DNA of 64,000 nt, taken from positions 416,001 to 480,000 of the forward strand of contig OZ242008.1 of assembly GCA_965204735.1 (NCBI GenBank), read 5' to 3'. This DNA is from Longimicrobiales bacterium (GTDB lineage Bacteria > Gemmatimonadota > Gemmatimonadetes > Longimicrobiales > Gaopeijiaceae). A model generated the notes under the pieces. The model saw only the letters and a list, made by a program, of their open reading frames with translations. It did no database searches and had not been told where the DNA came from. Positions 32,801 to 41,994 of this stretch are shown here, one piece after another. The position numbers and the translations under genes are program-made. The stretch's first letter is position 1, and every line of letters starts with the position of its first letter.

Positions 32801-33061
32801 GCCGGTCACCGCGGGTCCGATGGACCGCCACTTCAGCCCGGCCGCCAAGGGAGCCCGGGTCCGGGCGTCGGCCACGGCCTCCGACTGGGCGGCGAGGGGT
32901 TGGGAAAGGAGGCCGGCGGCGATCGGGACGCCGAGACCGGCGGCCGGCAGGAATCCTCCGACGGCGACGGCGGTCGCGAAGCCGGCGGCCGAGGACCGGA
33001 CGCGGGCCCCGAAGCTGGAACAACGAGGCCGGGAGTGTGGACCGGAGGGACGGGACGTCAT
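29807..33061 (-). CDS. VPS10/sortilin-like BNR-repeat secreted protein (glycosyl hydrolase-like)
   Basis: WRSIGPAVTGGRI, many S/TxDxGxTW Asp-boxes, HVDHHDLWIDP, GGLQDN; C-terminal coiled region. Confidence 0.88.
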   Translation of the reverse strand: MTSRPSGPHSRPRCSSFGARVRSSAAGFATAVAVGGFLPAAGLGVPIAAGLLSQPLAAQSEAVADARTRAPLAAGLKWRSIGPAVTGGRITDLEVAPGSQSLVYVGTASGGVWKSDNHGTTWTPVLDDAANLSVGDMAIAPSDPLEVWVGTGEANNRNSSPWGAGVYHSTDGGKTWRFAGLEETKHVGRIVVHPTNPDVVWVGALGHLFGPNAERGVYKTVDRGATWEKVLHVDDDTGVVDLAIDPSDPSVLYAAAYQRRRRAWGFVGGGPGSGVHKTTDGGATWRELTNGLPEGDKGRIGLAVSSRTPALVMAIVEAEEGGVYKSTDRGESWSKVNDLNQRPMYYSQLRIDPNDDQRVYLVAGALHRSEDGGQTFDALPMELEYNTGVHVDHHDLWIDPRDSRHMILGNDGGVYTTWDMGANWSFVANLPIGQFYDVDLDMSEPYNVYGGLQDNNSYRGPSRTRRYQGILNRDWQVVDYGDGMYAETDWSDPGTVYVTSQNAGIVRVDVATGDRKALKPFPRDTTEEFRFDWKSPILVSPHDASRVYLGGNRLFISDDRGASWRATEDLTLALHQDSLPIMGVLPDSTTLSKHDGASGYGEITAVAESPVTPGLLWTGADDGSIRASRDGGDSWTDVGGAGDGTPFPSYVSWVEASHAEAERAYLSLDRHWDDDYGPYVFATEDMGATWRSLSEGLAMAGSATVNVVREHPRNPDLLVAGAENGVFASVDRGTTWARLGSGMPAVPVDDIEIHSRENDVVAGTHGRSIWILDDITPLSDGGAVGSGGSSATDGPRLFAPRPATLFLYRNDVPSMGQGVYRAENPAYGANLDYRLPEALGGEGVQLRIRNEANDLVRTLHGPGAAGLNRASWDLRHDPVPHDTARYEVPNLDTGPDGPLVLPGAYSVELVVNGEEARDGQRVQELVVRPDPLFPVPAEERLARYEFTLELYELQRLAYDEGTTAYEMERAATEAVDSLAVLAPDDAAATRAQALADTIKETADEWRQVNNDLRNWWTGLIGKFDGGPSTTGSLAGPSDDQRRRLARVRENARQAVGRLNELATTTVPELNALLEPYGLSATAGT

Positions 33062-33395
33062 GGGCGTTCTCGCTGGGGTGGGCGGCGACAGTTGAGAGCG
33101 TCCAGCAACCTACTGTCCGGCGGACGGAACCGCACCAACAGCCGGCTGACACAGCACCGAACGACGGACCGCCACAACTCGGGCAGGGGTTGGCAACCGA
33201 CCGGGGGGCCGGAACACGCCCCATTCTGCCATGTTCCGGCCTCTTGGAACCTCGGGAGCCAGCGACGCAATGTCGCTCGCCACCTGTCCGGGGCTGCGCC
33301 CCCCCTCTTCCCAGTCGGCCGGGGCTTGTGTAGATTGTCAAGCGTTTCCCAGCAGAACGTGCTGGAGGAAGTGTACGAGCCTCCGCCGAACGACC

Positions 33396-34604
33396 ATGAC
33401 TGTAACGCAACGAAGCGACCTCACTTTCAAGCACAACGCTCGTCTTGGCCGCCATGGATGGCTTCGCCTTACGCCGGCTTACTCGGTTCGATTAGTTGAA
33501 GACGTGTTGTCATGTGCGCGTGGGCAGATTCGAGTCCTTGACCCGTTCTCCGGCACAGGGACGACGGGGCTGGCGTGCGCGGAACGAGGCTTTACGTGCG
33601 ACCTGCTGGAGATCAATCCATTTCTTGTTTGGTTTACTGAAGCCAAAGTCAGAGAGTATTCTGATGCTTCACTGCAACGCGCCAGAAAGCTAGTCGACGT
33701 TGTTGTACGCACTCCGGCAGCTGGCGAAGTCGAAGAGTGTTGGACTCCGCCGATCAGAAACGTCGAGCGATGGTGGTCGCCGGTTGCTGTGGACGCCCTC
33801 CGGTTGTTGTGGGCACGCCTCGCTTCGACAGGCGACGGCTGCGAACAAGTGATCGATCTGATCAAGATCGCATTCTGTCGGCAAGTGATCGCATGGTCGA
33901 ACGCGTCGTTTGGTCATCAGTCGATGTCGTTCAAGCGCTCTCAAGTCACTTTGCTCGATGCGCTGGACGGGGAGGACCTGCTTCAAGAGTTCAGGAGTTC
34001 GGCGTTGGCGGTGATCGACTCCGCACGTGGCGGCTTCGCTGGGTCTGCAACGGTCCGCCTGGCCGATTCGCGGACCGTGCCTCGTTTCGACCATCCGCAT
34101 GACCTGGTGATCACGTCGCCTCCTTATCCCAATCGCATGAGCTACGTCCGAGAACTGCGACCGTACATGTATTGGCTCGGGTACTTGGAAGAAGCTCGCG
34201 ACGCGGGGGACTTGGACTGGCAGGCGATCGGCGGCACGTGGGGAGCGGCGACAAGCCGAGTCGCCAAGTGGGAGGCCCCAGAGTCGGTGCCGAGCGCGGG
34301 GTTCGACGACTTGATCGAGCGCATTGCGGAGCGCAGTGAAACGCTCGCGAGATATGTTCACAAGTACTTCCACGACATGCACGTTCACGTTCGCTCTCTC
34401 GTGCCTCGTTTGGCGGCGGGCGCTTCGGTGCACTATGTGGTCGGCAACTCCAAGTTCTATGGATGGGTGGTGCCCGTACAGGACATATTTGCCGACATCT
34501 TTCGGGCAGAGGGTCTCCTTGGCGCAGAAAGCCGCGTCATCAGAAAACGCAATTCGAAAAAGGAGCTGTTCGAGTTCGTGGTCACGGCACGCAAGGAGTG
34601 CTGA
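33396..34604 (+). CDS. Orphan amino-DNA methyltransferase (SPPY, N4-C type likely; motif I before motif IV)
   Basis: LDPFSGTGTT (motif I), LVITSPPYPN (motif IV), VVGNS. Start re-assigned to MTVTQR; visibly lower GC than flanks. Confidence 0.85.
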   Translation: MTVTQRSDLTFKHNARLGRHGWLRLTPAYSVRLVEDVLSCARGQIRVLDPFSGTGTTGLACAERGFTCDLLEINPFLVWFTEAKVREYSDASLQRARKLVDVVVRTPAAGEVEECWTPPIRNVERWWSPVAVDALRLLWARLASTGDGCEQVIDLIKIAFCRQVIAWSNASFGHQSMSFKRSQVTLLDALDGEDLLQEFRSSALAVIDSARGGFAGSATVRLADSRTVPRFDHPHDLVITSPPYPNRMSYVRELRPYMYWLGYLEEARDAGDLDWQAIGGTWGAATSRVAKWEAPESVPSAGFDDLIERIAERSETLARYVHKYFHDMHVHVRSLVPRLAAGASVHYVVGNSKFYGWVVPVQDIFADIFRAEGLLGAESRVIRKRNSKKELFEFVVTARKEC

Positions 34605-34845
34605 CCGGCGTTGCGCACGGGGCAACCGTCCCGTCGCCCTCGGAGGCCGAAGCCCACGGCCGTGCAGGCGAGCAGAGCGGCGGCTGTCGGGCGGCTCGAT
34701 GAGCGCCCGGGCCCGCGGCCGCGTAGGCGAGCAGTTGCAGTCTGCCGTCCAAGAGGTTCCGCGAAGCCGTGGGGCCCTGCGGGCTCGCGACCGACGGCTT
34801 GCGCCCAGCCTTATCATGGGGCAAATCAAACGTCGCCCCCCGACC

Positions 34846-34974
34846 TCGAAGCTGACCCCGGTGTCGAAGCTGACCCCGGTGTCGAAGCTGATCCCGGTGT
34901 CGAAGCTGACCCTGGCCTTGAAGCCCGATCCCGGCCTCGAAGCCCGATCCCGGCCTCGAAGCCCGATCCCCGTC
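34846..34974. repeat. Intergenic tandem repeat, 4 x 18 bp grading into 3 x 19 bp
   Basis: TCGAAGCTGACCCCGGTG-type units from 34846, then TCGAAGCCCGATCCCGGCC-type units from 34918. Confidence 0.9.
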
Positions 34975-35021
34975 AAGGCGCCGGCCGCGCGCCGGCTGGC
35001 CATCACCCCAAGGGAGTCCCA

Positions 35022-38000
35022 ATGAGCCATTTCACCGCGCAGCTCCAGGCACCGAGCCGCCGACCGCCGCCCTGCCGCCCTCCGGCTTCCCGCGGCCTTC
35101 CCGCTCGGATGCCCGCGCCCTTCTCGGCCTTGCTGTTGGCATGGGCGCTGGTCGGACTCGCCGGCCTGTCGCCCCGACCGTCCCACGCCCTCCAGTCCGC
35201 CGCCGCGCGCCAAGCCGTCCAGGGGTTGGCTCTTCGGGAGATCGGCCCGGCGCTGATGGGCGGAAGGATCGCCGACATCGCCGTCCACCCCGACGACCCG
35301 ACCACTTGGTACCTGGCGGTGGGCTCCGGCGGCGTTTGGAAGACGACCAACGCGGGGACCTCGTGGACGCCCGTCTTCGACGACCAGCCGTCCTACTCCA
35401 TCGGCGCCGTGACGGTGGACCCCTCCGACCCGGCCGTCGTCTGGGCGGGCACGGGCGAGAACGTCAGCGGTCGCCACGTGGGATGGGGCGACGGCGTCTA
35501 CCGTAGCCTTGACGGAGGCGCCTCGTGGCAACGGATGGGGCTGGAGCGCTCCGAGCACGTCGGCAAGGTGCTGGTGGACCCTCGGGACGGCGCGACGGTG
35601 TTCGTGGCCGCCGAGGGACCCTTGTGGTCGGAGGGAGGCGACCGAGGCTTGTACAAGTCCACCGACCGAGGCGAAACGTGGCGCCCGGTGCTGCAAGTGG
35701 ACGACGACACGGGCGTCACCGATGTGGAGTTCGATCCCGTGGACCCGGACGTGATGTACGCCGCGACCTACCAGCGCCGACGGAGCGTCTGGTCGCTGCT
35801 CGCGGGCGGTCCGGGGTCGGGCGTCCACAAGTCGGTGGACGGCGGCGAGACGTGGCGAGAGGTCGTCGCGGGCCTGCCGAAGGGCGACATGGGCAAGATC
35901 GGCTTGGCCGTCTCCCGAGCCGACCGCAACGTCGTCTACGCCACCATCGAGGCCAAGCCCGACGAGGCGGGCTTCTACCGCTCCACCGATCGGGGCGAGA
36001 GCTGGGAGCGGCGCAACGGGTACATCTCCGGCGGAACCGGACCGCACTACTATCAGGAGATCGAGGCGTCGCCCCACGACCGCGACCTGGTCTATCAGAT
36101 GGACGTGTTCGTGCGCGTGACCCGGGACGGCGGCGCAACGTTCAACGTCTTGGGCACGGGTCGGGAGAAGCACAGCGACAACCACGCCTTCTGGATCGAT
36201 CTGGAGAACGGCAGGCACATCCTGGCGGGCACGGACGCGGGCTTGTACGAGACCTTCGACGAGGGCGCCACGTGGCGTCACTTCCCCAACTTGCCGATCT
36301 CCCAGTTCTACAAGCTCGCACTGAACAACGCCGAACCGTTCTACGAGATATTGGGCGGCGCGCAGGACCTGGGCACGCTGCTGGGGCCGTCGCGGACGAC
36401 GAACCGCGAGGGGGTGCGCAACCGCGACTGGTACGTGCCCCTGGGCGCCGACGGCTACGCCGCCGCCTTCGATCCCGCCGCCCCCGAGATTGCGTACATC
36501 CAGTCGCAGCAGGGCAACCTTCAACGGCTGGACCGACGCAGCGACGAACTCGTCAACATCCGTCCGCTGCCGGCCCCTGGCGACCCGCCCGAGCGCTGGA
36601 ACTGGGACTCGCCCGTGATCGCCAGCGTGCACGCGCCCGGGCGAATCTACTACGCCTCGCAGCGGCTTTGGCGCAGCGACGACCGGGGCGACTCGTGGCA
36701 GCCCGTCAGCGACGACCTGACTCGCAACCTCAACCGCTACGAGCTCGAGATGGACGGGCGAGTCCATAGCGTGGACGCACTCTACGGCAACACCGCCATG
36801 TCGTGGTACTCCACGATCGCCACGATCTCCGAGTCGCCGGTCGCGGAGGGCGTTCTCTACGCCGGGACCGACGACGGGCTGGTCCAGGTGAGCGAGGACG
36901 GCGGCGCCACGTGGCGGCGGGCGGCGCCCCTTCCGGGCGTGTCGGAGCGCGCCTTCATGAACGACGTGAAGGCGTCCCAGCACGACCCCGGCGCCGTCTT
37001 CGTCGCAGCCGACGCCCACAAGGAGGGGGACTACGCGCCGCACCTCTTCGCAAGCGCCGACTTCGGCCGCAGCTGGCGGCGGATCTCCGGCGACTTGCCC
37101 CACGGCGCCGTGGTCTGGTCGGTGGAGCAGGACCACGTGGAGCCGAACCTGCTCTTCGCCGGCGCCGAGTTCGGCGTCTTCGCCAGCCTCGACGGAGGCG
37201 GCAGCTGGACGCGGCTGAGCGGAGGCGTGCCGACGATCGCGTTCCGGGACTTGGAGCTGCAAAGAAGGGACGGCGACTTGGTGGGGGCCACCTTCGGCCG
37301 AGGCTTCTACGTGCTGGACGACTACTCTCCTCTGCGGGAGATCGCCGCCGGGGCGCTGGACGGGCCCGCGCAAGCGGTCGGCGACGGTCCCGAAGGCGCC
37401 CAAGGCGGCGCGGGCGACGAAGGCGCCGTCCTCTTCCCTGTCCGCGACGCCTGGTGGTACGTGCCCAGCGTGCCGATGCAGGCGCCCGGCCAGCCCACGC
37501 TGGGGACCACCGACTACACCGCGCCGAACCCCGACTTCGGCGCCGTCTTCACCTACTACTTGGCCGAGACCGTCCGGACCGCCCGCGACCGCCGCCACGC
37601 CGACGAAGCGGCGGCAAGGGAGCAAGGCGAGGACGTTCCCTTCCCCGGCTGGGAGCGGCTGGCCGAGGAGGCGTTGGAGGACGAGCCGCAGGTCGTGCTT
37701 CTCGTCCGCGACTCGGAGGGCGCTCCCGTCCGTCGCGTGACCGGTCCCGCGGTCGCAGGGCTCCACCGAGTCGCCTGGGACCTGCGCCGTCCTCCGCCGG
37801 ACCCGGTGGACCTGACCACGCCCGAGTTCGTGCCGCCGTGGGCGGGCGAGCCCCGGGGACCGCTGGCCCCGCCTGGGCGGTACCGGGTCGAGATGGCGCT
37901 GGTCGCGGAGGACGGGACCACGGCGCTGGGCGACATCCAGGAGTTCGAGGTGAAGCCCGTGCCCAACGCCGCGGACGGGACCGACTTCCAGGCGGTGGCG

Positions 38001-38450
38001 GCGTTCCAGGCCGAGACATGGGAGCTGCTGCGCCGGACGAGGGGCGCGGCCGCCGAGATCGGAGGCGCCCGGAACCGCCTTCGGCACATGCGCGCCGCGC
38101 TGGTCGAGACGCCCGGCGCCGGAACCGAGCTGTACGACAGCTTGGAGGAGGTCGAAGCGCAGCTGGAAGGGCTGGCCACCCGACTCCAGGGGGACCGGAC
38201 CCGGCGCCGCTACAACGAACCGTCGGCGCCGTCGATCGCAGGGCGCGCGGGACAGGTGGCGGGCGGTCACTGGGGCACGCGCCAAGCCCCGACACGGACG
38301 CAGCGGACCAGCCTGCGGATCGCCGCCGACGCCTTCGCCGCCCTGTCGACGGAGCTGACGGCTCTCTTGGACGGCCGGCTGGGGGACCTGGAGGCGGCGC
38401 TGGAAGCGGCAGGCGCGCCGTGGACTCCGGGGCGGCGGCTCCCCCGGTGA
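35022..38450 (+). CDS. VPS10/sortilin-like BNR-repeat secreted protein, second paralogue
   Basis: LREIGPALMGGRIADIAV, Asp-boxes, KHSDNHAFWID, GGAQD. Start MSHFTA (35022, GGGAG RBS) or a later Met. Confidence 0.88.
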   Translation: MSHFTAQLQAPSRRPPPCRPPASRGLPARMPAPFSALLLAWALVGLAGLSPRPSHALQSAAARQAVQGLALREIGPALMGGRIADIAVHPDDPTTWYLAVGSGGVWKTTNAGTSWTPVFDDQPSYSIGAVTVDPSDPAVVWAGTGENVSGRHVGWGDGVYRSLDGGASWQRMGLERSEHVGKVLVDPRDGATVFVAAEGPLWSEGGDRGLYKSTDRGETWRPVLQVDDDTGVTDVEFDPVDPDVMYAATYQRRRSVWSLLAGGPGSGVHKSVDGGETWREVVAGLPKGDMGKIGLAVSRADRNVVYATIEAKPDEAGFYRSTDRGESWERRNGYISGGTGPHYYQEIEASPHDRDLVYQMDVFVRVTRDGGATFNVLGTGREKHSDNHAFWIDLENGRHILAGTDAGLYETFDEGATWRHFPNLPISQFYKLALNNAEPFYEILGGAQDLGTLLGPSRTTNREGVRNRDWYVPLGADGYAAAFDPAAPEIAYIQSQQGNLQRLDRRSDELVNIRPLPAPGDPPERWNWDSPVIASVHAPGRIYYASQRLWRSDDRGDSWQPVSDDLTRNLNRYELEMDGRVHSVDALYGNTAMSWYSTIATISESPVAEGVLYAGTDDGLVQVSEDGGATWRRAAPLPGVSERAFMNDVKASQHDPGAVFVAADAHKEGDYAPHLFASADFGRSWRRISGDLPHGAVVWSVEQDHVEPNLLFAGAEFGVFASLDGGGSWTRLSGGVPTIAFRDLELQRRDGDLVGATFGRGFYVLDDYSPLREIAAGALDGPAQAVGDGPEGAQGGAGDEGAVLFPVRDAWWYVPSVPMQAPGQPTLGTTDYTAPNPDFGAVFTYYLAETVRTARDRRHADEAAAREQGEDVPFPGWERLAEEALEDEPQVVLLVRDSEGAPVRRVTGPAVAGLHRVAWDLRRPPPDPVDLTTPEFVPPWAGEPRGPLAPPGRYRVEMALVAEDGTTALGDIQEFEVKPVPNAADGTDFQAVAAFQAETWELLRRTRGAAAEIGGARNRLRHMRAALVETPGAGTELYDSLEEVEAQLEGLATRLQGDRTRRRYNEPSAPSIAGRAGQVAGGHWGTRQAPTRTQRTSLRIAADAFAALSTELTALLDGRLGDLEAALEAAGAPWTPGRRLPR

Positions 38451-39439
38451 GCGCTCCAGCGACGACGACCGGCGCCCGCCCGCGCCCGATGAGGATCGCC
38501 GTCTACGGCGCGGGCGGCGTCGGCGGCTACTACGGCGCGGTCCTTGCCCGGGCCGGCCACGAAGTCGCCCTGATCGCCCGGGGCGCCCACCTGGCGGCGA
38601 TCCAGCGCTCGGGCCTGCGGGTCCGCTCGCCCGACGACGACTTCGTTGCCCGTCCGGCTCTGGCCACCTCCGACCCGGCGGATGCGGGCCCGATGGACGC
38701 CGTGATCGTGGCCGTCAAGTCCCTGGACCTGCCCCAGGCGGCGGAGCGGGCGAGACCGCTTCTCGGCGAAGACACCTTCGTGCTCCCCCTCTTGAACGGC
38801 GTGGACGCCCACGAGGTCCTGGCGGGCGCGGTCGGCAGGCGCCGGGTGGGCAAGGGAGCGACCCGCATCATCGGCCACGTCTCGGCGCCGGGAGAGATCA
38901 GCGTCGGGAAGTTGCAGCCGCATGTCGCAATGGCGGAGTGGGACGGCCAGGCGTCGGCCCGGACCCACGCGCTGGTGTCCGCCCTGCGCGCAGCCGGCGT
39001 AGAGGCCGAGGTCCCTCCCGACATCGACGCCGCCCTCTGGCAGAAGTTCGTGCTCGTCTGCCCGATGGGGGGTCTCTGCGCCGCCTGCCGCCAGCCCGTC
39101 GGCGTGGTCCGCTCGACTCCCGAGAGCCGCGAGCTGCTGCGCCGGGCGATGGAGGAGATCGTCGCCCTGGCCGTCGCCCGGGGCGTGGGGCTTTCCGACG
39201 AGGCAGTGACCGAGGGCATGGCCTTTGCGGACTCGGTCCCCGCCAACGCCGTCCCGTCTCTCCACAGGGACATCGCGGCAGGCTGGCCCTCGGAGCTCGA
39301 CGCATGGTCGGGCGCGGTGGTGCGCCTGGCCTCCGAAGCAGGAGTGCCGACGCCGGTTCACAACTTCCTGCACGCCGTCCTTCGCCCGGGAGAGGAAGCG
39401 GCCCGTCGGCGCTTCCACGGGAACCGTCGCGAAGTGTAG
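38447..39439 (+). CDS. panE: 2-dehydropantoate 2-reductase (ketopantoate reductase)
   Basis: MRIAVYGAGGVGGYYG, AVKS, LLNG, LWQKF, SLHRD, SELDAWSG. GTG 38447 overlaps upstream stop; alt. ATG 38489. Confidence 0.88.
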   Translation: MSAPATTTGARPRPMRIAVYGAGGVGGYYGAVLARAGHEVALIARGAHLAAIQRSGLRVRSPDDDFVARPALATSDPADAGPMDAVIVAVKSLDLPQAAERARPLLGEDTFVLPLLNGVDAHEVLAGAVGRRRVGKGATRIIGHVSAPGEISVGKLQPHVAMAEWDGQASARTHALVSALRAAGVEAEVPPDIDAALWQKFVLVCPMGGLCAACRQPVGVVRSTPESRELLRRAMEEIVALAVARGVGLSDEAVTEGMAFADSVPANAVPSLHRDIAAGWPSELDAWSGAVVRLASEAGVPTPVHNFLHAVLRPGEEAARRRFHGNRREV

Positions 39440-39559
39440 ATTTGGCGTCGGGCCGAAGCGGCGGAGCGTCGGGGCGGACGCCGGGCGTCGAGGCGAACGC
39501 TGGACCGACCGCCGAAGCGGCGGAGCGTCGCGCGAAACGCTGGAAGAGGAGGATGAGCC

Positions 39560-40390
39560 GTGCTGATGACGCCCTGGGTTCAGCGACTGCTGGCGGTCAA
39601 CGTGATCGTGCACCTGCTTGCGCAGCTCCCGAGCCTCGACTTCGCCGGCCACTTCGCCCTCGCCCCCGCGGAGCTCCTCCAGCGCCCGTGGACGATCGTG
39701 ACGTACATGTTTCTCCACGGCGGCTTCATGCACCTGGCGTCGAACATGATCAGCCTCTTCTTCTTCGGCCCTCGCCTGGAAGAACGCCTCGGCAGCCGGC
39801 GCTTCCTGGTGCTGTACTTCCTCTGCGGAATCTGCGGCGCCCTCCTCTCGCTGGTCCTCTTCGCCGTTGCTCCGTTCGGGTCGATGGTCGGCGCGTCCGG
39901 GGCCGTGTTCGGCGTGCTCGTCGGGTTCGCCCGCTACTGGCCCGACGACGCCATATACATCATGGGAGTGCTGCCGGTCCGCGCCCGAACCCTGGCCATC
40001 GTGCTGATCGCTGCGAGCCTGTTCGCGGGGGCCACGGGCGTGGGCGGCAACATCGCCCACTTCGCGCACCTGGGCGGCGGCTTGGCGGGCTGGGCGTACT
40101 TGGTGGCCTGGGAGCGCCAGCGCATCGCCCTGATCAAGGAGATCGCGGGCGCTCCGCGGAAGTCGAGCGAACGTCGCGCGCCCCAGGCCCGTCGCAAGCC
40201 GCAAGCCGCTCGGGAAGCGGACTCCCTGGAGCGGTGGAAGGCGATCCCCAGGGACCGGCTCCACGAACTCAATCGCGAAGAGCTCGAGACCCTGCTGAGG
40301 AAGGCCGAGGAGGGCGGCGTGAAGGCGCTGACGGCCGCCGAGCGGGCGTTCCTGGACCGGATAGCCGACGCGACGCAGCCGGCGACGTAA
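39560..40390 (+). CDS. Rhomboid-family intramembrane serine protease with soluble C-terminal tail
   Basis: PWTIVTYMFLHG, HLASNM, VGASG (catalytic Ser), AHFAHLGG (catalytic His). Confidence 0.92.
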   Translation: MLMTPWVQRLLAVNVIVHLLAQLPSLDFAGHFALAPAELLQRPWTIVTYMFLHGGFMHLASNMISLFFFGPRLEERLGSRRFLVLYFLCGICGALLSLVLFAVAPFGSMVGASGAVFGVLVGFARYWPDDAIYIMGVLPVRARTLAIVLIAASLFAGATGVGGNIAHFAHLGGGLAGWAYLVAWERQRIALIKEIAGAPRKSSERRAPQARRKPQAAREADSLERWKAIPRDRLHELNREELETLLRKAEEGGVKALTAAERAFLDRIADATQPAT

Positions 40391-40433
40391 GCCCTCGAGT
40401 CCAGCTGCGCCGCCCCTGCCGAGGGAGGAGCCC

Positions 40434-41753
40434 GTGGCCGAAACGAACGCCGGCGGACCGCCCACGCCGATGCGACGGAGCCCGTCGGACGGCGAGCGCG
40501 TGGAGCTCTACCAGCGGTTGCGCCGGGTGGCCAGAAAGTTCGAGCGCGCTCCGGCCGCGAAGAAGAGCGAGCTGGCGGCCGCCGCGGCCCAGGAGCTGGT
40601 GGGCCCGGCAGTCGCGGACCGCGTCTGCGCGGGCGTCCCGGAAGTGGACGGACTGGGCGAGCTGGACGCCTACGCCGTGGCGTACCTCTCCGGTCTCTTG
40701 GAGGGAACCGTGGGCGATTGGATCGTCGCGGACCAGGACACCCGGATCGACGGCTGCGCCCCGGAGATGGTGAGCATTCGCGGCCTCGTCCCTCGATACT
40801 CGGCCTCGTGGCGTTCCGTGCTGATCGTCGGGGAGCGGGGCAGCGGCAAGGGCCAGCTGATGCGGGCGACAGCAGCGGCGCGAGGGAAGCAGCCGCCGCT
40901 GACGATCAACTTGGCGGCCGTCTCCGAAGGTGTCGCCGACTCCGAGCTCTTCGGCCACGTTCGGGGCGCCTTCACGGGCGCGGAGCGCACCCGCAAGGGG
41001 ATCGTCAGGACGGCGAGCGAGAGCGAGGGCGCGCTCTACTTGGACGACGTTGCCGAGTGTCCCGAGCACATCCAGGTCCGTCTCCTCACCTGTCTGGACG
41101 ACGGGGTCATTCGGCCGGTCGGGTCCGACGAGATCGTGTCGGTGGGTCGCGGACGGAACCGGAAGTTCAGGGTGTTCTCGTCCAGCCAACCCGGCGCGCT
41201 GCACAAGCTCCGCCCCGACCTGCGGGACCGGCTGGCCGGCCTTCTGATCGTCCTTCCCCCGCTCAGGCAGATGAGCCTGGACATCCTCCTCCTTGCCGAC
41301 GTCGCGTTGCGGAGCCAAGCGGCCATAAGCTCCGAGGACGGCCGCAGAGTCCGGTTCTCAAGGGGCGCGCGCCGGGTCATGATGAGCTACTCGTGGCCCG
41401 GCAACATTCGTCAGCTGTTCAACCTGGTGGGTCGGGCTCTGGCAAAGGCAGCCGGGGCGCCCAGGATCGGCTCCGACGTCGTCAGGGCGTGCCTGCGCGA
41501 CGAGCAATGGCTGCAGAAGCTGAGCGCGCGCGACGGTGCCGACGACGAGCTCGGCGGGGGCGAGCCGGGCCGGCGGGGACGAGCGCCGTTCCCCACATTG
41601 GCCGAGGCGGAGGCCCGACTCGTCCAGGAGGCTCTGGCCTGGACCGGCGGGAACGTCACGCAGGCGGCAAGGCTCCTGGGGGTGGACCGCATGACCCTCC
41701 ACCGTCGCCGCAAGCGGATGTCCCAGGGCGAAGGATCGGCTGCTTCATCGTGA
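40434..41753 (+). CDS. Sigma54-dependent enhancer-binding protein with Fis-type HTH, no recognisable sensory domain
   Basis: GERGSGKG, SELFGHVRGAFTGA, LYLDDV, YSWPGNIRQL, GNVTQAARLLGVDRMTLHRR. Confidence 0.92.
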   Translation: MAETNAGGPPTPMRRSPSDGERVELYQRLRRVARKFERAPAAKKSELAAAAAQELVGPAVADRVCAGVPEVDGLGELDAYAVAYLSGLLEGTVGDWIVADQDTRIDGCAPEMVSIRGLVPRYSASWRSVLIVGERGSGKGQLMRATAAARGKQPPLTINLAAVSEGVADSELFGHVRGAFTGAERTRKGIVRTASESEGALYLDDVAECPEHIQVRLLTCLDDGVIRPVGSDEIVSVGRGRNRKFRVFSSSQPGALHKLRPDLRDRLAGLLIVLPPLRQMSLDILLLADVALRSQAAISSEDGRRVRFSRGARRVMMSYSWPGNIRQLFNLVGRALAKAAGAPRIGSDVVRACLRDEQWLQKLSARDGADDELGGGEPGRRGRAPFPTLAEAEARLVQEALAWTGGNVTQAARLLGVDRMTLHRRRKRMSQGEGSAASS

Positions 41754-41759
41754 CGAAAA

Positions 41760-41798
41760 GATGCATTATGCATCATGTGGTGTAACATAAATTGCACC
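41760..41798 (+). promoter_or_regulatory. Candidate upstream activator sites
   Basis: Perfect palindrome GATGCAT-T-ATGCATC (41760-41774) and imperfect GGTGTAA-N6-TTGCACC, ~130 bp upstream of the -24/-12 box. Confidence 0.6.
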
Positions 41799-41887
41799 AA
41801 TCTTATGTGACTCCAGTACGGCTCATTACCTCGTATCCTCTTTCCCTTCAACACTTTAGGCTTCTTCAGGACGAGTCGCCGGAACGA

Positions 41888-41903
41888 TGGCACGGATATT
41901 GCA
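41888..41903 (+). promoter_or_regulatory. Sigma54 -24/-12 promoter 1
   Basis: TGGCAC-GGATA-TTGCA matches TGGCAC-N5-TTGCW with exact GG-N10-GC spacing. Confidence 0.88.
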
Positions 41904-41994
41904 GCAACGTGTCAGGACACCTATCCCCGCCGAGCCGTCCCTGGGCCGAGTCGCCTGGGTCGCGGCTCGAACGCCGATCACGAGGACGGAATCA

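Noticed and set aside
34846..34974. CRISPR or coding repeat
   Set aside because: Contiguous units with no spacers; the 19-bp units break frame.
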